Shown here: positions 18,319 to 27,500 of the stretch, piece by piece | How the letters are laid out: every line of letters begins with the position of its first letter | Numbering within the stretch: the stretch's first letter is position 1 | Assembly (NCBI GenBank): GCA_001788835.1 | Contig: MFXK01000017.1 | Coordinates: 42,285 to 82,284, forward strand | Direction of reading: 5' to 3' | Length of the DNA stretch: 40,000 bases | Source: Candidatus Peregrinibacteria bacterium RIFOXYB2_FULL_33_20 | Lineage (GTDB): Bacteria; Patescibacteriota; Gracilibacteria; UBA1369; GWF2-33-10 | Program-made: the position numbers and the translations under genes | The notes under the pieces: generated by a model | What the model was told of the DNA's origin: nothing | Databases searched by the model: none | The model's input: only the letters and a program-made list of their open reading frames with translations

Positions 18319-18477
18319 ATTTTTATTTTTTTAATTGATTTAACCTAAATAAAAATAGCACTATTTTTTTGTTCAAAGCAAGAGAAATTTTTAAAAATAT
18401 TTAAAATCATTTGCGAACAAATAAATTATTCTTTATGTTAAAAATGGTATTAAATTTATAAATATTTTTTTATCATC

Positions 18478-19935
18478 ATGAAAGTAAAAATTTCCAACAA
18501 AATTGGCATAGCCGAAATATTAATTCTTCCGATCATCAAAAATGGACATATCCATTTAAATCTCTCCAAAAACACTAAAAATCAAATTAATAATGCTTTG
18601 CAGACCAAAGATTTCACCGGTGATGAAGATGAAACTCTGATGATTTATGACGAAAACCCTAGCAAAAGAATTTTATTAGTTGGACTGGGCAATAAGAAAG
18701 ATTTAAATTCTTTAAATTATAGACAGGCGGGAGGCAATGCTAGAAACGCTTTAAAAAAAATTAAAGCCGCTAGCGTGGAAATCGCCATGGAGCAAAAATA
18801 CCTATGGCCTTTTCTGGAAGCGTTTCTATTGGCCGGATACAAATTTAATAAATACAAAACCGACATTGATAAAGACAAACATAATATCCAGGATATTTAC
18901 ATCCTTAATGAATCAAAAGACCTCAAGGATCTCCAACAAGAACTGGAAGAGATAACCCAAAATTGCCAAATGATGGATTATGTCCGAGACATGGTCAATG
19001 CGCCAGCGGAAGAAATGTCGCCAAGTGAACTTGTCGCTCAAGCCCAAAAAGTTGCCAATTTATCAACTAACATTAAATTAAAAGTTTTAGATCAAAAAAA
19101 ATTAAAAAAATTAGGATTGAACGCCATCTACACTGTTGGCAAAAGTGGGAAATCAGGATCATATTTAATTCTGCTGGAATATAAATATCAAACTAAAAAC
19201 AAAAACCCATACTCTTTTATCGGTAAAGGAATTTCTTTTGATACGGGCGGTTTACATCTCAAACCCAGAGATAATATTTCTGATATGCACTTAGATATGG
19301 CTGGTGCCGCTACGGTCCTAGGGTTATTCCACAAATTAGCTCTTAACAAAATCCCCGGATATTTCTTGGGAGTAATTGCCACAGCAGAAAACGCTATCGG
19401 CCCTGATGCCTACCATCCCAACGACATCATTAAAACCTATTCCGGAAAAACAGTAGAAATCAAGAATACTGATGCGGAAGGACGTTTGGTATTATGTGAT
19501 GCTATTTCATATAGTAACAAACACTATAAACCAGCCTGCATCATTGACATTGCCACTCTTACAGGTGCCGCTACAGTCAGTGTCGGCGATGAAATCACCC
19601 CTTTCACCTCTAATAATTCAGATTTAACCAAAAAACTTTTATCAGCCGCCAAAAAAACTGATGATTTATTCTGGCAATTGCCTTTGGAAAAATTTCACAT
19701 CAAAGCCACTAAAGGCAAAAATGCTGATCTGACAAATTTCACCAAACACATGCCCGGCCAGGTAATTATGGGCGCTGCCTTTTTGGCGAATTTCATTGCA
19801 GACAACACTCCCTGGCTACATCTCGATATTGCTTCCACTTCTTGGCAGGACAGAAAAATTCTTAGCTATATCCCTGAAGGTGGCACTGGCGTACCACTGT
19901 TAACGTTAATTGAATTAGTAAAAAAACTTGGTTAA
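18478..19935 (+). CDS. pepA: Leucyl aminopeptidase (M17 family)
   Basis: 485 aa. GKGISFDTGGLHLKP, MHLDMAGAA, and the M17 signature NTDAEGRLVLCDAISY. Confidence 0.93.
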   Translation: MKVKISNKIGIAEILILPIIKNGHIHLNLSKNTKNQINNALQTKDFTGDEDETLMIYDENPSKRILLVGLGNKKDLNSLNYRQAGGNARNALKKIKAASVEIAMEQKYLWPFLEAFLLAGYKFNKYKTDIDKDKHNIQDIYILNESKDLKDLQQELEEITQNCQMMDYVRDMVNAPAEEMSPSELVAQAQKVANLSTNIKLKVLDQKKLKKLGLNAIYTVGKSGKSGSYLILLEYKYQTKNKNPYSFIGKGISFDTGGLHLKPRDNISDMHLDMAGAATVLGLFHKLALNKIPGYFLGVIATAENAIGPDAYHPNDIIKTYSGKTVEIKNTDAEGRLVLCDAISYSNKHYKPACIIDIATLTGAATVSVGDEITPFTSNNSDLTKKLLSAAKKTDDLFWQLPLEKFHIKATKGKNADLTNFTKHMPGQVIMGAAFLANFIADNTPWLHLDIASTSWQDRKILSYIPEGGTGVPLLTLIELVKKLG

Positions 19936-20015
19936 GCTGTATGACTGTCAAAATTTCTATTTACATCTGCTTAAGTGAATTATAATATTGACACTCATGT
20001 AATTCATCTTAGTCT

Positions 20016-21692
20016 ATGCCAATGCGCGAAATTTATAATACAGATAATCTCCTTCAAAATTTACCAGAAACAGCTAGAACTCATCTTGATTATCTTGACA
20101 CCTCAACAAAATTTAGAAATTTTTATCAATTAGCATTATGTTTGACACCAGCAATTATTAGTATAATGGCAAGTTGTGGAACGTCTGATGATTATGATAT
20201 TAATGATGCATCTCCTCCGCCTGACAACAGAATAATATTAGAGGAATTGAATTTGATCAGTGCTTATCTAATCCCCGATAGCTCCTCCACCATAAATTAT
20301 CGTATATATTTATGCAGTCCAAGTGATCTAAGTGTATGTATTGATTTTACCGATTCCATTAATAATTGTATAAGCCAGGGCGTATTCTCCTCGGATGATT
20401 TAAAATTAAATAAAATATATGATGAAACTGGTAGTAATAAATTTAACATTTATTTTAATGCTTCCGAGTCGAGCTATTCGATTGATAAAGATAAAAAAGC
20501 TTTAGTGTTAAGTTTAGATACTTCTTTGAATATCCTAAGCTTATTTTCCACCTGCGCCCTACCATTAAATATAGAAGAGCGTCATTTAAATTGTGAAGAA
20601 AGTAATTCGAGCCTCAATGGCTCTTTGAATCCTACCGAATTAAAATACTGTTGCCATGCAGCCTTAAATGGGATAGGTGGTGATATTGATGCTTGTAAAG
20701 AGCCATATTTATATACCAATATGAGTTTCCAATCTTTAGCTCCAGGGCTTATCACGCAGTATATATTGAATAAAGTAGAGACCAATGAATTACTAGAGGA
20801 TGAGTTACAGGGGGCATGTTTTTATACTAACCAAGCAACGGAATTAGTATATGATTACGAACTGGCAAGCCACATGTATGGTGGGGATTTCCCTACACAG
20901 CCAGATATTAATAATTTATGGAATAGTACCAATTCTTACGTACAATGGTTTTTAGATTCATACTGTTCTGTATTTAATTTTCCACCTACATGGGATCAGG
21001 ATTTAGATGGATTCGGAGTGGACACTGGCGTACCATCTTCAGATTGTAATGATGCTGATGCGGCTATCAATCCAGGTAATTTAGAAAGAGAAGATGATAC
21101 TGTAAATCTTTGTAATAATAAGAAAGATGATGATTGCGATGGAGTAGTTGATGGTAGCACTTTTTATGTAGACAAGGATGGTGATAAATCTGGAGATAAC
21201 TCTTCCGGAATTATCCTATGCCCTAATTTTACGACTCCAGAGTATACTTTAATATCTGATTATAGCATGGTTTCAGAAATTACTTATCAAGGGTCTCCAT
21301 ATATAAACGTTAGTGGAGATTGTGATGATAACAATACTACAGTATATCCTAGCTACCCAGAAATATGTAATGGGATAGATGATAATTGTGATGGAGAAAT
21401 TGATCTGAGCTGTGGTTCTGAAAATGACTATGATCTAGATGGTTTGACCACAACAGATTGTGCGCCTCACTATGCTCCCTGGTCAATTTGGGGATATTAT
21501 GATATGGATGAAGATGGTTTTGGCACTGGTATTTCGTACTGTGCAATGTCTCCATTGCCGTCAAATATGTCTTCTATATCTGGAGATTGTAATGATATGG
21601 ATTCAATGATCAATCCAGGATCTTTAGAACGCTGTCATAACTGGACAGATGATGATTGTGATGAAGCTACTGATGAAGCTGAATGCCAATAA
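20016..21692 (+). CDS. Lipoprotein with C-terminal repeats of a Cys/Asp-rich putative metal-binding motif (MopE-like, DCxDxxxxxxPG...C(N)xxDDDCDG)
   Basis: 558 aa. Lipobox IISIMASC-G after a hydrophobic stretch. Three repeats: DCNDADAAINPGNLERED..CNNKKDDDCDGVVDG, GDCDDNNTTVYPSYPEICNGIDDNCDGEID, GDCNDMDSMINPGSLERCHNWTDDDCDEATDE. Also DxDxDGFG segments. The true start may be internal to the 45-aa pre-signal region. Confidence 0.7.
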   Translation: MPMREIYNTDNLLQNLPETARTHLDYLDTSTKFRNFYQLALCLTPAIISIMASCGTSDDYDINDASPPPDNRIILEELNLISAYLIPDSSSTINYRIYLCSPSDLSVCIDFTDSINNCISQGVFSSDDLKLNKIYDETGSNKFNIYFNASESSYSIDKDKKALVLSLDTSLNILSLFSTCALPLNIEERHLNCEESNSSLNGSLNPTELKYCCHAALNGIGGDIDACKEPYLYTNMSFQSLAPGLITQYILNKVETNELLEDELQGACFYTNQATELVYDYELASHMYGGDFPTQPDINNLWNSTNSYVQWFLDSYCSVFNFPPTWDQDLDGFGVDTGVPSSDCNDADAAINPGNLEREDDTVNLCNNKKDDDCDGVVDGSTFYVDKDGDKSGDNSSGIILCPNFTTPEYTLISDYSMVSEITYQGSPYINVSGDCDDNNTTVYPSYPEICNGIDDNCDGEIDLSCGSENDYDLDGLTTTDCAPHYAPWSIWGYYDMDEDGFGTGISYCAMSPLPSNMSSISGDCNDMDSMINPGSLERCHNWTDDDCDEATDEAECQ

Positions 21693-21738
21693 CATCTTAT
21701 ACTACTTCGCTTCACAATTTGTGTGGAGCTTCAATTTA

Positions 21739-23064
21739 TCACATTTCCATAACCTCCTCCATCTGCCTAATTCTCTTCCCTATCAACTCTTTTGTCCCAA
21801 TGTCTTTACGATGAAAAACTGGACCTGTAATTAAATTGACCGCTTGTTCACAAATTTTCTCAGCCTTTTCCAAATTTTCGGCAATACCAACAACTCCAAT
21901 AGCTCTAGATCCACATAATTTCAAATCATTTCGCATCCCATCAACCGATGCAAAATAAATTCTCACATCTTTTGACATTTTTTCATAATCAATAAAAATT
22001 TTCTCACCTTTCACCGGCTTGTCAGGATAGCCTTGCGGCACCACATATTTACAAACAGTAGCCTTATTCTCAAACTGAACAACTTTTTTATTCAATTTTT
22101 CATTAACCATAGCCTCACAAATATCAACAAAATCACTTTTCAGCAAAGGCATAATATTCATAGCCTCAGGATCCCCCAACCTAATATTATATTCAATCAA
22201 CTTAACTCCGTTTTTCGTAACAATAAATCCTCCATACATAAAACCTTTAAATTTAAAACCAGTTTCTTTTTCCAAAGCTTTCATCACCGCAACATTAATT
22301 TCATGAGCAGATTTCAAGTCCTGTTCAGTCAGAAATGGCAAACTCAAATTCGCATCAGAATAAGTCCCCATACCACCCGTATTGGGACCGCAATCGCCAT
22401 CATAAGCCCTCTTATGATCCTGCACAGCTGGAAAATCAACAACCGTCACACCATCAACTAAACTTATCAAACTAAATTCCTGTCCAATCAATTTTTCCTC
22501 AATCACAACTTTTCCGCACTCTTTTACACAATCAACAGCATACTGATATCCTTCCTCTATTCCATTCAAATGGTCACCTGAAACTTTCACACCTTTCCCG
22601 CCCTTCAACGCATCATATTTAACAACAAAATCACCACCAAGTTCATCCAAAAACTCTCTAATTCCATCAACATGTTCAAAGGATTTAAACTTCGGATTTC
22701 CAATAATTTTATATTTCTCCAAAAGATTTCGTGTAAAACCTTTTGATGATTCAAGCTGAGAATTAACCTTATTCGGTCCAACTGTCTTAATTCCCAATTC
22801 TAATAAAAAATCTGCCATTCCATTTGCCAATGGATCTTCTGGCCCAACAATCACAAAATCAGGTTTAATTTTTTCAACAAAAATCTTCAAATCGTCAAAA
22901 TTATTCAAACTATTCGTCATAAAATAATCTTCAGACATTTCCAAAATTCCAGGATTCTTAGCTGTTGCAAAAGTAAATAATAAAGTTTTCTGAGGACTTC
23001 TTTTTATAGCTTCTGCAATCGAATGTTCACGCCCACCACTACCAACAAGTAAGATTTTTTTCAT
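21739..23064 (-). CDS. purD: Phosphoribosylamine--glycine ligase
   Basis: 441 aa. MKKILLVGSGGREHSIAEAI, VVIEEKL.GQEFS, DHKRAYDGDCGPNTGGMG, LIEYNIRLGDPE. Confidence 0.95.
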   Translation of the reverse strand: MKKILLVGSGGREHSIAEAIKRSPQKTLLFTFATAKNPGILEMSEDYFMTNSLNNFDDLKIFVEKIKPDFVIVGPEDPLANGMADFLLELGIKTVGPNKVNSQLESSKGFTRNLLEKYKIIGNPKFKSFEHVDGIREFLDELGGDFVVKYDALKGGKGVKVSGDHLNGIEEGYQYAVDCVKECGKVVIEEKLIGQEFSLISLVDGVTVVDFPAVQDHKRAYDGDCGPNTGGMGTYSDANLSLPFLTEQDLKSAHEINVAVMKALEKETGFKFKGFMYGGFIVTKNGVKLIEYNIRLGDPEAMNIMPLLKSDFVDICEAMVNEKLNKKVVQFENKATVCKYVVPQGYPDKPVKGEKIFIDYEKMSKDVRIYFASVDGMRNDLKLCGSRAIGVVGIAENLEKAEKICEQAVNLITGPVFHRKDIGTKELIGKRIRQMEEVMEM

Positions 23065-23073
23065 AATTAAATA

Positions 23074-23412
23074 TCAACTTAAAATATTATGAACTTTCTG
23101 AAGAACTTCATTTAATTTTTCTTTTTTAATCACAGCAACTTTTGCTAAAATAATACTTTTTTCAACTGTCATTATATCACCACATTTAATATATGATTTT
23201 TTCAATATCTCTCCCTTTACAATATCTCTTTGATCTATTTCAAGTTGAAATTTATTTAAATTCTCTTGAGTAGTTATTGCTACAGTGACTACATCAAGAG
23301 ATCCCATATTAAAGACATCATTAGAAATTACTAAAGCAGGTCTTTTTTTATAAGCAGAAAAATCTGTATAAGGGAACTCAAATAATATAATCTCACCTTG
23401 TTTTATGTTCAT
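23074..23412 (-). CDS. Type II toxin, MazF/PemK family endoribonuclease
   Basis: 112 aa. QGEIILFEFPYTDFSAYKKRPALVISNDVFNMGSLDVVTVAITTQ matches the PemK pattern (GdI......P......G.E..K.RPalVvs....n.......v.pitt). Its start overlaps the upstream antitoxin gene by 4 nt (ATGA). Confidence 0.8.
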   Translation of the reverse strand: MNIKQGEIILFEFPYTDFSAYKKRPALVISNDVFNMGSLDVVTVAITTQENLNKFQLEIDQRDIVKGEILKKSYIKCGDIMTVEKSIILAKVAVIKKEKLNEVLQKVHNILS

Positions 23413-23678
23413 ATGGATATATTTTCATTAAAAATATTATCATCATTTTCAGATTTCCAAAAAGCAAAACTTTTTTCTGCAACTGCAAATCTATCAGCTT
23501 GGGATAATTCAGGAAAATCCTCAGGCTTTTCAGTAATTTTAAAAGGAATTCCTTTATTTATAATTATCTGCTGAAAATAAATTTTGATAGCTCCACTCAT
23601 ATCAAGACCCAATCCATCCAAAATTTCTTTTGTTTGATTTTTTATTTTTTCATCTATACGAATTTGTACCGTAGTCAT
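23409..23678 (-). CDS. Type II antitoxin, RelB/DinJ family (ribbon-helix-helix)
   Basis: 89 aa. TTVQIRIDEKIKNQTKEILDGLGLDMSGAIKIYFQQIIINKGIPFKI matches the DinJ pattern (v.aRiDe.lK..a..vl...GLt.S.ai......v.....lPF.). It is translationally coupled to the MazF-like gene. Confidence 0.75.
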   Translation of the reverse strand: MTTVQIRIDEKIKNQTKEILDGLGLDMSGAIKIYFQQIIINKGIPFKITEKPEDFPELSQADRFAVAEKSFAFWKSENDDNIFNENISI

Positions 23679-23753
23679 ATAAAAAAATTAATTATAATCT
23701 ACAATTAGTATAAATACTCAGTAATGACAATGTCAATACGTTTCATGAAAACT

Positions 23754-24143
23754 TTAAAACTTTTTATAAACTTCCATCAACTCTTTATCAAAACTAAAAA
23801 GTTCAAAATTACGATTTTTTGAAACAATAAGCAAAGATAAATCCACCATTGAGAGTTTTGTTCTTTGATATGGGAAATTATTTACTATTTGGCTAAATTC
23901 ATCAAGAAGTAAATTTACTATTTCTATATTTTCACTATTATTTAAAAAATCAATAAATTGCTTTGATATTTCAGCTCCTTCTTTTAACAATAAAACCGTT
24001 CCAATTTCAAAAAGCACATGCTCTGAAATACAAAACCCATCTAATTTTGACAAAAATTCAATTACCTTTTTGTGATGTACATCTTCTCTACGAAAAAAAG
24101 CAATTAAAATATTTGAATCCAATAAAACTTTTTTATTTATCAT
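23754..24143 (-). CDS. vapC: Type II toxin, PIN-domain VapC
   Basis: 129 aa. N-terminal VLLDSNILIAFF (first PIN acidic residue), ...ISEHVLFEI... (conserved Glu), ...MVDLSLL... (third acidic residue). Overlaps the upstream antitoxin gene by 11 nt. Confidence 0.75.
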   Translation of the reverse strand: MINKKVLLDSNILIAFFRREDVHHKKVIEFLSKLDGFCISEHVLFEIGTVLLLKEGAEISKQFIDFLNNSENIEIVNLLLDEFSQIVNNFPYQRTKLSMVDLSLLIVSKNRNFELFSFDKELMEVYKKF

Positions 24144-24399
24144 AAAGTATTTTATCTATTTTGCCTGCTAAATTACGTTCTTTTTTATTTTTGGAATTAA
24201 ACTGCGCTAATTGCAAAAATTCCTTATAACTATATTTTTTCTTTTTTTTAAGGTTATAAAATCCACTTTCTTTCACATAAGGCTTATATCTTAACTCATT
24301 ATCAACTATATTTACTTCAAAAAATATCTCATCATATTTATCTCTATATTCTTTCGGCACATATATCTGTCCGCTTTTTGATAATCTTACTATTTGCAT
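24133..24399 (-). CDS. vapB: Type II antitoxin, AbrB/SpoVT-type (VapB/MazE-like)
   Basis: 88 aa. N-terminal MQIVRLSKSGQIYVPKEYRDKY is the swapped-hairpin AbrB motif (v.l...GqvtIPkeiR..l). It lies immediately upstream of, and overlaps, the PIN gene. Confidence 0.65.
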   Translation of the reverse strand: MQIVRLSKSGQIYVPKEYRDKYDEIFFEVNIVDNELRYKPYVKESGFYNLKKKKKYSYKEFLQLAQFNSKNKKERNLAGKIDKILYDK

Positions 24400-24519
24400 A
24401 CAAAATTTTTACTATACAAATATTGTATAATACAAAAACATTAAAAACAAGTTTTTTTATTATTAACAAAAAACACCATATTGCAGGATTAGAATCTTAA
24501 AAATAAAATTACATAAAAA

Positions 24520-27500
24520 TTATTTTAATGCCTTTGCCTGTGTTTTCTTATTTCCTCCTCCACATAAGGCAACAGTACTGGCAAATGTTCTTCTAACATT
24601 TTCTATACAGCTATCTAAATCTCTTTGCGCTGATTGTCGTAAAATTTGTTGTTGATTAGTGGTTAATTCATTTCTATGAAAGATACCATTTGGCAAATCT
24701 CCTCCTCGATCCACAGCTTCTTGGTAAGCTTTACAATTTTTAGCCCAATTCCCGTCATTGTAGAGAATATAATTCTTAGATGGATCAAATAATTCTCTTA
24801 TATTATCTTGTATAGCACCAGCATCTTTTAAAGATTGTTTACATTCTTTTATTTCTCTTCCAGTTACTGTAGTTATATCACTACTTATTATATCTATAGC
24901 TTCATCATCTAAATTATAATTTATAAAAGACAAACATCCATTAATTTCAGGTTGCCCAAGTTCATTACATATTGAATGCCAATCAGTTGCTTTATTTTGT
25001 GCATTTGAAGATACAGTTACAGTTAATGGATCGCTATCTGTTGATTTTGACAATGCATTTGTCCATGCCTCATAAGTTATATCATGTCCAGATAAAATTA
25101 AATTAACAGGCTGTGTACCAGGGAATACAACTGTGTCAAAAGTAACTTTTGGAGTTGTACTAGTCATAGCTCCTTCTGGCATAACTACTGCCTGACACTC
25201 TGATTTTATACAATACAAAGCGCCTAATCCATAATCAACAGTATTTATTAAAGTAGCTTGAACAGATAATTCTCCGACACCTAATTGTAGAGGACCACAT
25301 TTTTTTCTTTTTTTAAATCCATTATCTCTATCTGATCCCAAACATTCTTTCAAATCAGTTAAAGTTTTACCTTCGACCGTAATTATTTGAGGAAAAGAAA
25401 TAGCTTCACCTCCCTTCACTGGTTTTTCAGTGGGAGGAGGAAGTGTAGACCCGCTTGTTTCTTCACTAACTGATTGAGTCGGAGATAAAGTTGGATCAGC
25501 TAATCCTGTTTGAGCCTGTTGTGCATTTGATTGATAAGTGTCATACATTTGTATCCCTGCCCCAACAATCATTCCTGCAGACCCAATTCCTACCAATGGC
25601 CAAATCCAGCGATGTGAGGAAGTGGAAGGAGAGGATGGAGTTTTAAGCTGATGTTCTCTTTCTGCTAATGGAGAAACGGCTACTGGTAATTCATTTTGTT
25701 TTTCAATATGGAATGGTAAAGCTGAAGCTGGAGCTGGAGCTGGAGCTGGAGCTGGAGCTGGAGCTGGAGCTGGAGCTGGAGCTGGAGCTGGAGCTGGAGC
25801 TGGAGCTGGAGCTGTCACTACTTCAATCAATAATTCAGGCTCTCCTTCAGTAGATGCAGTTGTTTCTGGCCTTCCATCTTTTACCACCTCAGTTAAGAGA
25901 ACAACATCTTCATCTCCATTTCCATCTCTATTCCCACTCTGTTCAGATAACATGACCATTGATTCTTCTTCCAATGTTAATACTTCTTCTGATTCAGACT
26001 CATCTTCTAAATCAGGTGAAACAGCTATAATTAGCGCTTTTAAAGAATTATCAACGAACTCTCTTATATCTGTGCTAACAGTAACAGGTCGGCCATCCCT
26101 TATAATAAGGAAAGGTATATCTGCATTTTCTTGTTCAATCTCTGTTTTTCTGCTTGCTATTAATTCCTTTACTTTAGCTTCTGTTTTTGCTCTTTCTGCT
26201 ACATCCATTAAATTTACAATTTTTGTGGCATCTTCCAGCCTATGACCATTTAATTTTAAGACCACCATTGTTTGATTACCGCATTTCATTCTATTTAAAA
26301 TATCATCCATCATGCGTGCTGGCTTCACCAAAACCTGATTACTATTATACCTTTCTTCTCTCGGGATAGATTCATCACAAAACCTATCTTCAACGTCTTC
26401 AGATACTAATTTATAACACAATTCTATAAACTCTATAATTGCATCATAATCAGAACCAGTTTCCGCACTGATATTTGCTGCGTATTTCTGTTTTTTTTCA
26501 GATATTTCCTTAGCGCCTTCTCTTATTTTTTTACCAATATAACCAAGCGCATTATTTTCTGTTATCTTTAACTTATCACCGTTTAACTTTGTTCCTTCTG
26601 TAAATTTGGCTCTCATTAAATCAGAATCAATTATTTCCAACCCAATTACACCCAAAGCATAAGCATCTGTTGCAAAGGTTGGCTTATCTGATTCTTTCAA
26701 CATCCATGGGATATATTTAGGTGTCCCAGTCATCAATTTTTTCTTACGTTTTTTTATACGTTCAGGAGTCGTACAAAATGAATTGTCTCCAAGTTTACCT
26801 GTATCAGCCTCATTATTACCACCCAAAAATATATTTTCAGGTTTTAAATCTCTATGTATTTTACCTCTTAAATGTTTATTTTTAACTTCTTCCAAAGCTG
26901 TACCCAATGATCTCATTTGAAAAAAACGAGTTTTTTTTGCTCGGTCTTCAACAGAATCATCTGTTTTTCTTTGCCTTAAAAATTTCCTTAAAGTATTTGC
27001 TCTTCTAATGTATTCCATTTTTTCCATTAGCCCTCCGCAGTCAGATCCTTCCAGCCCACACAATCCTACTCCAACCCACTTTGTTTCTACACTTGCTGGA
27101 TTATTAACAGAAAATGGCAACTCTTCTTTAAGACTTGTTAAGTCAAACAAACACGCTCTAGGACTTGTACAATCAAACCATGAAAATTTTAATACATCAT
27201 CTGTTGGCCTTAATACAGAACATTTAATATCTGGACTCCATAACCTAAATGCTTCCGCAACAGCTCCTTTACCCAAAAATCCTCCAGCATATATCTCTAA
27301 TTCACCTTCTTTCACTTTCTTAAATATAGATTGATTCGATAGAAGTTTTTCAATAGCTGCTCTTGTTTTTACACCTGGATGACTATATGGCCTTTCATCA
27401 GCATCAGCATCATCCTCACCATTGACATCTCCTACATATATCGTAGCCTTATCTAAGGTAGCTAATTTAGCTATACTACTATCAGAATCAAGCAAAACCG

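Noticed and set aside
25721-25813. Possible CRISPR array or other spaced-repeat locus
   Set aside because: The units are contiguous 6-mers with no spacers, and they lie in frame in a CDS. No CRISPR-like repeat-spacer structure or cas genes appear anywhere in the window.
25668-25853. Plus-strand 61-aa ORF with a (Leu-Glu)n repeat
   Set aside because: It is the antisense reading of the (GCTGGA)14 microsatellite inside the kinase gene. It has no independent support.
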